Assembly: GCA_043228905.1 (NCBI GenBank) | Contig: JBHGNT010000004.1 | Location: 19,158,001-19,222,000 of the forward strand | Direction of reading: 5' to 3' | Length of the DNA stretch: 64,000 nt | Origin: Azolla caroliniana | Taxonomy: Eukaryota; Plantae; Polypodiophyta | Part shown: piece by piece, positions 14,321-27,400 of the stretch | How positions within the stretch are numbered: the first letter of the stretch is position 1 | Layout of the letters: the number at the start of each line of letters is the position of its first letter | Notes under the pieces: generated by a model | Seen by the model: only the letters and a program-made list of their open reading frames with translations | The model's database searches: none | Told to the model about the DNA's origin: nothing | Program-made: the position numbers and the translations under genes

Positions 14321-14327
14321 ATTTATA
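14321..14327 (-). promoter_or_regulatory. Putative TATA box of the PP2C gene
   Basis: TATAAAT on the minus strand ~155 nt upstream of ATG 14167. Confidence 0.5.
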
Positions 14328-14799
14328 TGCCTCTGGCTGGAAAGACAGAAAAGAGTTTCCATTTATTTACAGATCTGTCCTTCCTTCTTCTCTCTCACAA
14401 AAAGAGACAGAGCAACGACACGGTCTTTCTTCCACACGGTCCTCTCTCCTCGTCATTTTACTTTCATGGTCTGTGCCGTTAACTCTCCGTCAACGTCTCC
14501 TTCTGCGCCGTTAACGTCTCCGTCATCTCTTCTTGTCTTCTTCTCTCTCTCTCTCTCTCTCTCACTATACACAGAGGAGACAACATTCTAAGATGTAATT
14601 CACCTCTTTTTTGGTCTTACTCATAGGCCATTTTGGCTTCTTCAAAGACACATAATTACATATATGTACATATATCTTTCTTCCGTTTGGGTCCCGTCCT
14701 TCGCTCTCTCTCTCTGTCTCTTTCGATGAATGGGTAAATATCCCATTTTTTGTTGTAAACCATTTGTCTCATGGGCCAATTTTGGCCTTAGAAGACATT

Positions 14800-14805
<6 letters not shown>

Positions 14806-14859
<54 letters not shown>
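14806..14859. repeat. (CT)n microsatellite
   Basis: Direct inspection; shorter CT runs occur near 14542, 14704 and 17180. Confidence 0.95.
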
Positions 14860-14862
<3 letters not shown>

Positions 14863-16367
14863 GAAACCTTCTCTTTCAGTTTCTCGAGTCTCTGGCAGTC
14901 TGCCCGGCACTCACCCACGAGACCATTGCTTGTTCTCTTTCTCACCACGCCTCCCCCATACATGGCAATTACGATGCCTGGCATCGGGACCATGTTCCGT
15001 TTTTGTCCGTTTTCCAAGCTTCTCTCGTTGTCCAATGATCCAACATCAAGACATAGTCCATTTTTATTTTTATTTTGTTGGCAATCTAGTATCGAGCCAA
15101 AGCTTCTTCTACAAGTCTCCCTTCCTTCAGTCTCTCTTAGGCCATTCCCTTGCTCGCTCGCCCCATTTTCCTTTTCATCTTATCGTAGTGGGGCACATGT
15201 CTTATTTGGGTATCAACGTAAAGATAGTGGTTTCAGAATCCTTCTTACTACTTTCCTTTTATTAGAACCCTAGTTTACTTACCCAAAGTCATGACTTTAT
15301 TTCTTTTCCTTTTACAATCTTTGTTATACCATCTATCACATCTCCTAAACTAGATACCATATATGCCTTCTCACTGATGACTTCATGGTCTCCAAGGAGT
15401 TGACTCTCCGTTATCTTGGAGGGTTTAGGGTTTAGGGCTATATTCGAATAACCTGTACAAAAAGGAGTTTTAATTTTCAATCCATGTCACTTTTAGAGGT
15501 GGGGCCCTAATCCGGTTCCAAAAAAACACTTTTACTAGAAATGGAAATTTAGAACGCCAAAATTTGCACTAATAAATTATTAGAGTAACTCACATGCCAC
15601 TCTTGTGCCTTAGACTATAACAATCGATGTGATTCTAGTGGTGTAGATATTAGTAGTTACTTTTCATAAGTGAGTCATTCCCCTTGAATGACAACATCAA
15701 TGACATTCTCTGCAATTTTTGCCAAACAAACCAATAATTAGGCAAAACGTGTGATATGTGTCATGCATCAACAATGTCTCTCACTTCAACAAACCCTCGG
15801 CAAAACAAGTGACTAAAGTAGGATCATAATGTCTCTTTTCTTTATCAACGTAATAGCAATGAAGAAGACACAAACAACTCTTTTTTCCTTTTTTTCCTTT
15901 TTTTTTCTATAAAAAATATCCTCCATTGGTATTAAAATAGTCCACTATTACAATGAATATTGCATGTGAATGTGGTTGCATCAGGTTTTAAACCTGATTT
16001 CAACATACATTTGAAACATTGGACAACCATATATCCATCCTGGTTCTAATTAGAAATCCACTAAAAATCTCTTGTGCTTGAGTGAGTTCACCATAGTTGG
16101 CAATGTGCATACATATCCACCAATGCATTGCCTACCATAATATTATTCCTTAATAATGGTTGGACAAGCCCTTAAGATGCAAAAATAAGTGACCATATTT
16201 GGCAAGATGCTCTCGCGTTGCAATGATCATTGCATTGCAATGATCCAAAATGATTCAATGTTTCTTCATCTTGCCCATAAGAAGACACAAGCAACTTCCT
16301 TTGCAAAGAATTATATTCCACTCTATTCAATGGTGGTACTAACTCGAATAAAGAGTGGGCTTCCCAA

Positions 16368-16577
16368 ATGGAGACTTTGGTGAAAATCAAGGATATTAAA
16401 GAGATGGTGGTAGCACTAATAAATGACGGTTTGCAAATCAACCTAATTTCCACTAAGTTCTACCACAAAAGTTTGTGGTCAATCAACACAAACATGGGTG
16501 GAAGATTTGCATTGCAACTATGCAACTATGGGCAACTCAAAGAACTACATGGAGCCTACCCAAAAGTAAAAAAATAG
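16368..16577 (+). pseudogene. Degenerate Ty3/gypsy aspartic protease remnant
   Basis: EMVVALINDGLQINLIS...W...ELHGAYPKVK resembles a retropepsin ALIDxGSxINL core; flanks are decayed. Confidence 0.4.
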
Positions 16578-17597
16578 AGTGTTTTCAAATAACTAACCAT
16601 TTTTATCCTAAACGTTTTATATCCATCTAACTACAAGACATTAGGTGAGGCTTCCTCTAATAAATATGTAATCTTGAAGCCCAAGTGAACTCATCCCAAA
16701 TTTTCGTACCCTTCTCAAGTTCTTCTCGTGAGGCATGTATAAATTACAAAAGAATCATATGAAAACTTGCACCACAACCTAATATCTAGATGGACGGTTT
16801 AGACCAACAATATCTCCATTATTTGCAAGCCTCAATAACATCACTGAAAGAGGAGAGATAACTATAGAAAACAATAATGGACTAAGTGAGCATCTTCTAC
16901 AAACTAATCTCGTAAGGGCAAGTTGCAACTTATAAGGCGACTCCAAATTGAGTTACTGGATTGACTATGGTAAATACTTCTTAAATAAATTTGCCAAGAC
17001 CTTATACAATATACAATCAAAGACATAGGCCACTATTAATGAAATTCTCCCAACGATGGCACCTTTGGAATATCTCTCATTGAGAGAACACCAGTCCAAT
17101 CCTCGTAGATCGCAATCTATCTCCGTGGCTTGCAAAACCCATCTCATAGATCACAGTCTATCTCCCATACATGTTAAAAATCTCTCTCTCTCTCTCTCTC
17201 TCTCTAAGATCAAAGATATCAATTGAGAGAACCCAACATTTATCCTCACCATGGGCTTGTCTTGTCCCATGGACATTACCATTCAAAAATGCTTGTTGAC
17301 GCTACTTCTATTCAAGATCTTATGTAAAGTTACTCATCTTTCTTCAACCTTTTGAGGATGCTAAAATACTGTCACCTCTCTCTCTAGCCTTGTAGTCACC
17401 TCTCTCTTTTGTCAACTTCTTCATTTTCTCTTTTATCTTTTGTCTCTTGATGGTCACAATCATAATTCTGAGGCTTGACTTAAGACTTGGTTGCTTTTCA
17501 AACTTGCACAACATTACAATCATAAGGTTGAGAACTTTTTAATTATCTGTCAATGTCCTCAACAATGGCATCACACACTCTCCCTTGTTAACTTTTC

Positions 17598-17915
17598 CAT
17601 AGTTATTAAAACGCGTATTCTACGTTTACAATAGGTTTTAGAATACTCTGAAGTATTCTGCATGTATTCTACGTTTTAGAACTACCATGTTTCAAATTTT
17701 CACATATTCCACATATTCTAAAAATTTGACGTATTCTACGTATTTAACATTTCAAAAAAGTTTAAAATTTGAATTAATATTATTTTTGCAAAAAAACTTT
17801 AAATTTTAAGAAGAATAAAACGTATTTTACATGTATTCTAAGTATTTAAAAAAAAGTTAGAATGCTTAGCATACGTATTCTATGCGTATTCTATGCTAAG
17901 TGTTCTACAACAATG
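17598..17915. mobile_element. Probable hAT-type MITE with GTATTCTA subterminal repeats; 3' half duplicated at ~17966-18204
   Basis: 8-bp TSD AACTTTTC (17590-17597, 17916-17923); imperfect TIR CATAGTTAT / ACAACAATG. Confidence 0.6.
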
Positions 17916-18205
17916 AACTTTTCCCAAATTTGTTGTTCACGCATTGCATTAAAATTTTTATAAAATTAAATTATTTTTTTTTTGAAAAAAACTTTAAGAT
18001 TTAAGAAGTATTGAACTTATTTTACAAGTATTCTATGTATTTAAAGTATCCTACATGTATTCTAAGTATTTAACGTATTTTATATCTAAAATATGTATTC
18101 TAAGTATTTTTTTTAAAAAGTTAGAATACTTCGCATATGTATTCTATGCATATTGTATGCTAAGTATTCTACAACAATGAACTTTTCCCAATTTTGTTGT
18201 TCACA

Positions 18206-18410
18206 CCTTGCAATGCTAAGGTGACAAGGCTTTGCTTTAGTCACACATGAGCAAATCTCTCTAGTATCTATTTGACCTTGCAATGCTAAGGTGACAAGAC
18301 TTCATTGTGTTCACACATGAGCAAATTTCTCAAGTATCCCTTTGACATTGCAATGCTAAGTGACAAGGCTTCGTTGTGTTCACACATGAGTGAGCAAATC
18401 TCTCTAGTAT
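18206..18410. repeat. Tandem repeat, ~70-bp unit x3
   Basis: Unit CCTTGCAATGCTAAGGTGACAAG...CACACATGAGCAAAT starting at 18206, 18276 and 18346. Confidence 0.85.
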
Positions 18411-19765
18411 ACATGACATCATAGCATAGCTAATATTTCTATTGATCACTTTTTGGCTCATACACAATGCTAAGTAGACAAGGTATGGTTTGGTTAAGGC
18501 TCTTGCAAATTGCAAGATAAGAAGTTTATGCCATTGACACCTCTTCGATCACATGGTGTCACATCCTCATTACTCTATTGTCAATTTTTTAGTTGTTCAC
18601 TTTTTGCACCTTTTGGAGAGGTATTGTGTTTTGTTTGTTCACACTTGCCATTGAAACATAAGCTCAAGGATAAAGTCTTTATCAATCTCTCTGACCATTT
18701 TGTACTGCCATTTCTTTTGCCCCTTTTAAGTTATAACTTGATTTTGTTCTTTCACACTAGGAAAATCCATTGTATGCTCATTGGAAAGCCTCAATTGATT
18801 TCTCACTTGAGGAAACATAAGACCGAGAAGTTAAGTCCCCATTTTCCTTATGACCATTACATCATGTCAAGCTTGTACTTATTTTTTGCATCTTCCAAGA
18901 TTTGATTTCGTTCACACTAGTAGAACATAAGGTTGAGAATTGTAAGGACAAGAAGAGGATCAAACATTACGTGCTATCTAAGAGGTTTTTTTTTTCCCAA
19001 AAGAAGAATATACTCCATTAATTAAAATGACATACAATACACAACTTTAGACATTACCTACTTCCATATGGACTACATCACTTATATATCTTACACTAAA
19101 TAGCCCACATGTTTGTTCTCCATGTTTGTCGTGTCATTCACGCTCCTCTATCATCTAATGGGAGGGGGGAACAACCATCTCGGTACTACGTATTGCCATC
19201 GTATATCCACTCCAATTTCTGTAGCCATCAGTGTAGTACACCATCGTTTTCTGAATTTCAGCCTCATTAAACCTGAAGCATCATCTGTTCCATCAATCCA
19301 CTCATATTGGGCCCTCAATGTAGTTATTAGCATGTGCCATATTAGGTTAATAGATTCTGCTGGACGCTGTTTGTTTGCTGAAAATACCCTGGTACATCTT
19401 GCGGTCCAAATGTTCCATATGATAATGGGTGCTAGCAACATCCATAGATCTACAATTTTCTGCTTCTGGGCATTACTTCTAGGTGCACTGTTACCAACGA
19501 TCACTCGAATAGTTCCATTCTCCCCTCTATACATAGTTGTACATGTGCTATCAAATTTCTCTACGTCATCATCAAGACAATTCCAACAAGCATGTCCCCA
19601 ATTGAGGGTAAATGAGCTAGAGGCATGGCAAAGCAATCGTAATGCCCTTCTCCATACTACCGTAGCCTCATGACATTCCCAAAGACAATGGGAAATGCTT
19701 TCTAGTTGTTCACATGCACTACATATGTTAGGAAACAAGTGCCTCCGGATGGGAAACCAGATGTC

Positions 19766-19885
19766 GAGTACCTGGCTACGGAAGACCCGGTGAGAACCGG
19801 AAGAGGAGTACCCGGCTACGGAAGACCCGTTGAGAACCGGAAGAGGAGTACCCGGCTACGGAAGACCCAGTGAGAACTAGAAGAG
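19766..19885 (+). repeat. 40-bp tandem repeat x3 in the U3 of the copia 5' LTR
   Basis: GAGTACCCGGCTACGGAAGACCCGGTGAGAACCGGAAGAG at 19766, 19806 and 19846. Confidence 0.92.
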
Positions 19886-20412
19886 GAGTACCCGGCAAGA
19901 GCCGGATGGTGAAGGCCCGGTGAGAAGTGCTCACCGGATGAAGGGACATATTTGTAAATATGTTTCTGAGAGTCCATCGGGGCTATATTTGTAAATAGCC
20001 GAAAAGTCATATTAGTATAAATATGACTTAGGGCAAACAGAGAATAGTTAGTTGTTGTCATTTCTTGTTGGCGCAAGATTAGAGCGTGCAACTGTGTACA
20101 GAGAGAGTGAGAGAGAGGAAGAGGTCGTTGCCTCTGTTGTAACCGCCGCCTGTGGCGAAGATAGAAAGCTCCAGGTCGTTGCTTTGGTGCTTTACCATTT
20201 GTACATTGTGACATAGTGATAGTTTGCAGTCTGCGGGCTGTCGTGGTTTTTCCCTAGTTTGGGTTTTCCACGTTAACATCCTGTGTTCTCTTCTCTCCAT
20301 TGTGTCGTGCATTCATTCCCCGTTTTTTTTCTGTGTTTTGATTCTAAGCTCGGTTGTGGCCGAGCGGTGTCATCGGAGCATGTAGCCCCTGTCAAAGTGG
20401 TATCAGAGCAAA

Positions 20413-23400
20413 ATGACACAGAAAATGGACGATTTGTTGGGAGGCATGTTCGAGCTCACCGGCTCCAACTATTCGGTATGGAAGTCGAAGATGAGGGACG
20501 TGCTCGTGGTTAAAGATCTTTGGTTGCTGGTTAAGTTCGGGGACAAGAGACCGGACAAAATTGACGCCACGATATGGCAGGTGATGCACATGAAGACAAC
20601 GGCGTACATACGGTGCTTCATCGACATGAGCCTATACAACAACTTCAATGAAGAGAGCAAGGCTCATGAGCTTTGGGAGAAGATCGACATTATGTTTCAA
20701 AACAAAAATGCTCTTAATCAGGTTTTGGTATTCCGGAAGCTAGTAAGACTCCGGTACCAAGATGGCTCCAGCATGGCGGAGCACATGAATGCCTTCCAGG
20801 GGCTGATCCACCAGGCAACATCATTGGAAGTACCTCTCGCCGATGAGGTACTAGCGCTACTCCTGCTCGGTTCTCTCCCGGATAGCTGGGAGATGTTGGT
20901 TGTCACTTTGGGCAATGCCAGGCCGGAAGGGAAACGGTTATCCCTAGCAAGAGTGAAGTCGAGCTTGCTAGATGAGGAGGCGTGTCGGAAAGATAAGGAT
21001 ATGAGCTCCGACTCCAAAGTGCTCCTTACTGAATCGGAACGCGGAAGACAAAGGAACCGTAGCCCCCAGAACCGGAAAAAGTCGGGGACACGGTCAAAGT
21101 CAAGGGGGAGGCCTACTTGCTTCTATTGCGGCAAGCCGGGACACTTCCAGAAGAACTGTCAGCACTTCCGAAAAGACAAGGAAACCGACGGTACCGATTC
21201 GAAGCGGACACCAGACCGGAACGGTAAAGACCGGAGGGGAATGAACCGGAAGGGAACGACGACAATCGCGGCAAGTGAAGAAGAGTTGATGGTCATCACC
21301 GAGGAGACTGAGATAAACCTTGCCGGCGACGAGATGACTTGGGTGGTCGACTCTGGAGCGTCGTTCCACCTTACCCCGAACCGGAAATGCTTCTCATCCT
21401 ACTCAGCCGGTGATCACGGTTGTGTCCAGATGGGGAATGAAGGTACATGCCGAATTGTCGGCATAGGAGACGTGTGGTTGACAACACCAACCGGATGCAA
21501 GCTGCTGTTGAAGGATGTCTGACACGTTCCAGTGGTTCGTTTGAACCTGATATCAGCCGGTTGGCTAGATGATGAAGGCTACACGGGTAGCATCCGGAAC
21601 GGTGTTATGAAGTTCAGCAAAGGGAGCCTGATTGTGGCTCGGGCCCGGAAGGTAAACACGCTGTACCTGATGAATGCCTGGTTATGTCCGGAGGAAGTGA
21701 ACGTGGCATCCGACACTGCTGGTGAGCTGTGGCACAAAAGGCCGTGTCACATGAGCGAGAAGGGGATGAAGAGGCTTGCAGACGACAACCTCATTCCAGT
21801 GAAGAACGTGCACTTGGAGAAGTGCACTAATTGTCTGGCCGGTAAGCAAAACCGGACCTCCTTCCGACCAAGGCCACTGATGAGACGTAATGCACCACTG
21901 GAGTTGGTGCATACTGATGTGTGTCAAGTGGACACGAAGTCACATGCAGGATCGCAATACTTCGTGACATTCATAAATGACCATAGCCGGAAGCTGTGGG
22001 CCACACCGTTGAAGACGAAGGATCAGGTGCTATCCGTCTTCAAAGAGCTCCACGCGAGAGTGGAAAGACAAACCAGCCGAAAGCTGAAAGCGGTTCGAGC
22101 AGATAACGGAGGTGAATACCGGGGGCAGTTCGAGGAGTACTGTAGCTCGAAGGGAAACCGGCTCGAATTTACCGTGCCGAAGACGCCAGAACTAAACGGA
22201 CTGGCCGAGAGGATGAATCGGATCATAATGGAGAGGGTCTGGAGTATGCTGGTGCATGCAAAACTACCCAAGAAGTTTTGGGCTGAGGCACTGTCGACAA
22301 CGACATATGTGATAAAGAGATCACCCTCAGTACCCTTGGACGGAGACACGCCACAGAGAGTATGGACCGGTAAGGAAGTATCCTACCGGCATCTGAAGGT
22401 ATTCGGGTGTCTTGCGTATGTGAATGTAGCTAAGGACCGGAGAGGAAAACTAGATCTGAAGACCCGACCATGCATATTCCTCGGTTATGACGACGATGAG
22501 TTTGGCTACCGAGTGTGGGACCTGGTCGATAAGAAGGTATTCCAGAGTTGAGATATTATCTTCATGGAGGACAAGACGCTCGCCGACTGGGAGTCGGAGA
22601 AGAAGATAATGAACTCCGAGTCGACCGGCAAGGATTGATTCTACGATGAGCAAACCCAAACGGCAAGAGACCGGTTAGCACTCGAGGAACCAGCCGGTTA
22701 CGGTGAGGATACCGAACCGGCAGAAGAAGAAGTAGAGGAAGCTGAAACCGGAACCGTCCAAGACCCCGAATCGGATTCGGATGAAGAGCGAATGGAGGGC
22801 CCGGTTACCGAAGCCCAAAGACGGAGATATCCTCTCAGAGAGAGAAGCCCCCCCCGGAGATTTCCAGATGCAGAGCATGTGCTGCTAACCGATGAGGGGG
22901 AGCCAGAAAGCTTCGTAGAGGCGAAGGATGACACCCACAACCGCAAATGGTTAAGTGCCATGCAGGATGAGATGGATTCCTTGCATGAGAACCATACGTA
23001 CGAATTGGTGGAGTTGCCGAAAGGAAAGCGAGCACTCCGAAATAAGTGGGTGTACAAGTTGAAACCGGGAGATGCCGGCAACCCCCTGAGCTACAAAGCC
23101 AGGATCGTGGTGAAGGGGTTCCAGCAGAAGAAGGGCGTGGACTTCGACGAGATATTTGCCCCGGTAGTAAAGATGACCTCCATCCGGACGGTGCTGAGTA
23201 TAGCGGCAAGCATGGACCTCGACGTAGAGCAGCTGGATGTGAAGACGACATTCCTTCACGGTGATCTCAAAGAGGAGATCTACATGCAGCAACCGGAAGG
23301 ATTTGTGGAGAAAGGGAAGGAGCACCTGGTATGCCGGTTGAAGAAGAGCTTGTACGGACTGAAGCAGGCTCCCCGACAATGGTACCGGAAGTTCGACTCC

Positions 23401-24432
23401 TTCATGACCGATCAAGGGTACCACAAGACGTAGGCCGATCACTGCGTGTTTGTGAAGAAGTTCGAAGGAGGCGACTTCCTGATACTCCTTCTGTACGTGG
23501 ATGACATGTTGATCGTCGGACGGGACCAAGCCAGAATACGGATGTTGAAGAAGGCTCTCAACCGAACTTTCGCAATGAAAGACTTGGGTCCGGCAAGACA
23601 GATGCTGGGGATGCATATAATCCGGAACCGGCCAACGAAGCAATTGTGGTTGTCACAAGAGAAGTACGTGACAAAGGTGCTTCAACGGTTCAACATGTTA
23701 GAAGCGAAACTGGTCGGATCGACACTCCCGGCAAACTGCAGATTATCCGGTAAGCAAAGCCCAAAGACGAAAGCAGAGAAGGCTGATATGATGAAGGTTC
23801 CATATGCCTCTGCCGTCGGGAGCTTGATGTATGCAATGGCGTGTACCCGACTGGATATAGGATACGAAGTCGGAGTGGTGAGCCGGTTTATGAGCAATCC
23901 TGGCAAGGAGCACTGGAACGCGGTCAAATGGATACTCCGGTACTTGAAGGGCACTTCAAATATGTGTCTCCGATTCGGCTCCGGAAAACCTCAACTTGAC
24001 GGTTTTACCGATTCGGACATGTCGGCTGATGTGGATACCAGCCGGTCTACATCCGGGTATGTAATGACATATGCAGGGGGAGCTGTTTCGTGGCAGTTGA
24101 GGCTGCAGAAGACGGTTGCGCTGTCAACCACGGAGGCGGAGTACATGGCGGCTGTGGAAGCCGGCAAGGAAATATTATGGATGAAGGACTTCATCGGAGA
24201 GCTCGGTATCCAGCAAGATGAATATCGGCTCTATTGCGACAGTCAAAGTGCCATCCACCTTGCTAAGAATGCGGCCTACCATTCCTGGACGAAGCATATC
24301 CACCGCAGGTATCACTGGATCCGGGAAAAAGTAGAGGACCAGGAGTTTGCGCTGACGAAGATCCACACGGCCGAGAACGGGTCAGATATGCTGACCAAAG
24401 TACTGATACCCGAGAAGCTGGATGCATGCTAG
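20413..24432 (+). pseudogene. copia gag-pol polyprotein, one frame with premature stops
   Basis: CFYCGKPGHFQKNC knuckle, VDSGAS protease, integrase (HTDV...DNGGEY...ERMNR), RT LYVDDM, RNase H. Stops at 21520, 22549, 22636, 23431 and 24430. Confidence 0.93.
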
Positions 24433-27400
24433 AAGCGGATCGGACTAGTGAGACATCCCATGCCGGAGTGAAGGGGGAGTTTGTTAGGAAACAAGTCCCT
24501 CCGGATGGGAAATCGGATGTTGAGTACCCGGCTACGGAAGACCCGGTGAGAACCGGAAGAGGAGTACCCGGCAAGAGCCGGATGGTGAAGGCCCGGTGAG
24601 AAGTGCTCACCGGATGAAGGGACATATTTGTAAATATGTTTCTGAGAGTCCATCGGGGCTATATTTGTAAATAGCCGAAAAGTCATATTAGTATAAATAT
24701 GACTTAGGGCAAACAGAGAATAGTTAGTTGTTGTCATTTCTTGTTGGCGCAAGATTAGAGTGTGCAACTGTGTACAGAGAGAGTGAGAGAGAGGAAGAGG
24801 TCGTTGCCTCTGTTGTAACCGCCGCTTGTGGCGAAGATAGAAAGCTCGAGGTCGTTGCTTCGGTGCTTTACCATTTGTACATTGTGACATAGTGATAGTT
24901 TGCAGTCTGTGGGCTGTCGTGGTTTTTCCCTAGTTTGGGTTTTCCACGTTAACATCCTGTGTTCTCTTCTCTCCATTGTGTCGTGCATTCATTCCCCGTT
25001 TTTTTTCTGTGTTTTGATTCTAAGCTCGGTTGTGGCCGAGCGGTGTTCATCGGAGCGTGTAGCCCCTGTCAACATCTTGGGTCTACATTGGGGCCTTTAG
25101 CCCACACCCCTACTGGCAAGGCTCTATGCACAATAAGCCATAAGCACATCATTATCTTGCGGTCACCGCTGTCATGCCATATCATTTTCCAGAATTTAGC
25201 TAATCTCCTTTCACTAATGCCCTCTTGTATCCAAAATTTACGAGCTGCAATATCTTAGTGTTCTTGTTTTAGGATAATTTGCCTCCCGATTTTCGTGTTG
25301 TACCTGAAAAATTGCACCAACTTGGCACCATCACTTGGACCTTGAGTTTTCTAGAAATACATTGCGGGGTCCCATGATAGCTAATTTGAATGCCCTTCTA
25401 TCGGCCAACACACTGTCGTTGGTTTGAGCTCACTTGGTTCGGGGTCAACTATCATAGCCTTTCCATTTTTTGCAAGCAACCTAATCGGCCTTTTAGTTTG
25501 ATAGGTTGGTTGCTCACATATTACCCTTCTATGCTCTATTTTGTAGTAGCATGCCTATTAGAGCCGACTTTCGTTCCCTTAATTCTGATTATATAATTTT
25601 CAACATCGATAAGTCCTGTCCATTCCATTTCAGAGGGGCTTATGGCTGCATCTTCCAAGATTTGCCCGTTGCGTGCAAAGGCATATGTAATCCTCATTAG
25701 CATGCATTTACTCCTGTTTATCCTCCATATTCTAGCCTTTTAAGTGCCCACATCATTACGTAGAAATCTCTTCCAATTTGCCAATGTTTTCCCTTGTCCT
25801 ATCATCAACCCATCCACATCTCTAATTTGGGTCGCATTTCAGGCACAAACCCCCCAAAAGGGCTACTTGGCCAACTTCCACCATGTCTTGGCAACCACAT
25901 CTTCCATCTGCGCTGCCAGAGAATTTTCCAAGGTGCCTCAGGTGGTTGCAAGCTCCTGACCACCAATTTGCCTAGCAAAGCCTTCGTTTGCACCACAGGA
26001 TCTATTAGTCCCACCCCACCTTCACTTTTATCTTTTATGAGTGTAGTCCATGCAACCTTTGCACAAGCATGTTTTTCCTCGGTGCCCCCCCATAAGAAAT
26101 TTCTGATCAACCTTTTTATCAATTTTATCAACTTGGGTGCGATTATCCAACATGCTGCAATATGCCATATTGTGGCCATTAGCACCTGATTTGCAATCAC
26201 AATCTTGGCTGCAAAGGATAATTTTCTTGCATTCCACCATATTAACTTCGCTTTTATTTTGTCCACAAGTAGAGTGTAGTGTTCTGAGCGATCAATGTCC
26301 ATCCCGATTTTGAAACCCAAGTATCTAGTAGCTTCTCCTCTCCTCAACCATCTGAAATTAGGGTCTGGAGCCCAATTTACCACAGGCTTATTGCTAATCC
26401 AAATGCCCACTGATTTATTCTAGTTTATATTCGCACCCGACCCCCTACAAAACTCATTTATTGCACTTTGTAGTCTGTCCAAGTTGTTTGCATCCCCCTT
26501 AACATAAATTGTTGTATCATCAGCATATTCTGTATCAAGCATCATTCCTGCATCCTCGAGTAGGGGAAGGCCTTGTATTTGCCAATATCTATCACTAATC
26601 TGATAATGCAATGCTTCCGCTGCAATAATGAATAGGTACGGGGCCAATGGGCATCCTTGGCATACCGATCGTGTCATCCTAAAGCTCTTCCCCAAGCTTC
26701 CAGCCATTAAAACCTGGCTAGAAGCATCCCTATAAAAGGCAACCAATCCAAGGATCCATTGCTGCTCGAAGCCCAGGGTAGCCATCACTGCTTCTAGGAA
26801 TTCCCATGAGATCCTGTCATATGCTTTTTCGAAATCGAGTAACATTATTGCTAGGTCCACTTCTTGCTCCTCTACCCATGCTGAATACTCCCAAAAAGTT
26901 ATCACATTGTCAACAATGCTCCAGTTTTCGAGGAAGCCAGTTTGCGTTGTATGTATTATGTCCCCTAGGACCATTTCCAATCGACTACTTACAACTTTAG
27001 CCATGATCTTATAGGCATTAGTGAGAATCGTCAAAGGTCGCCAATTATCAAGCATAGTTAGATCTTTCCCATCCTTGGGAATTAAATAAATCATTCCTTG
27101 ACACATTGTCGGAGGCATTAAACCTTCAGCCATAATGTATTGCATCCCTTCCAACATGTCATCCTTAATTAGATCCCAATATTTGATGTAAAAATATATA
27201 GGGAGTCCATATATGCCTGCACAACTTTGTTTGTTCATATCTGAAATTGCATCCCACAATTCTTGTATACAAATAGGGGTATTTAGACGGTCCATCATCT
27301 GAGCCGAAACTCTCTTCGGTATCCTGTTTATTATATTTCTAAAGGCATCCTGCTCAATATGTTCCTCGTTGCATACATTCAGTAGTTGCATATAATAGCT

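Larger units (their letters stand above)
19726..25071 (+). mobile_element. Full-length Ty1/copia LTR retrotransposon, Tnt1/Tork-like, inactivated by nonsense codons
   Basis: 5' LTR 19726-20394 and 3' LTR 24482-25071 (TG...CA); PBS TGGTATCAGAGC 20398-20409 (tRNA-iMet); PPT GAAGGGGGAG 24470-24479; TSD ACATA/ACATC; domain order gag-PR-INT-RT-RH. Confidence 0.96.

Noticed and set aside
14168-14362. 65-aa N-terminal extension of the PP2C
   Set aside because: It contains the putative TATA box and has UTR-like composition; ATG 14167 is preferred, though not proven.
19766-19885. CRISPR-like regularly spaced repeats (also 18206-18410, 57788-58175, 61831-61992)
   Set aside because: Head-to-tail tandem repeats without unique spacers, no cas genes, and a eukaryotic context.
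23431-23433. Programmed stop read-through in RT
   Set aside because: No CARYYA read-through context, a relative has CAA at this codon, and other shared decay mutations accompany it; kept only as a minor alternative.
22951-23643. 230-aa antisense ORF also present at 60220-60912
   Set aside because: It is the shadow of the GC-rich RT frame, and is conserved only because the two copies are nearly identical.
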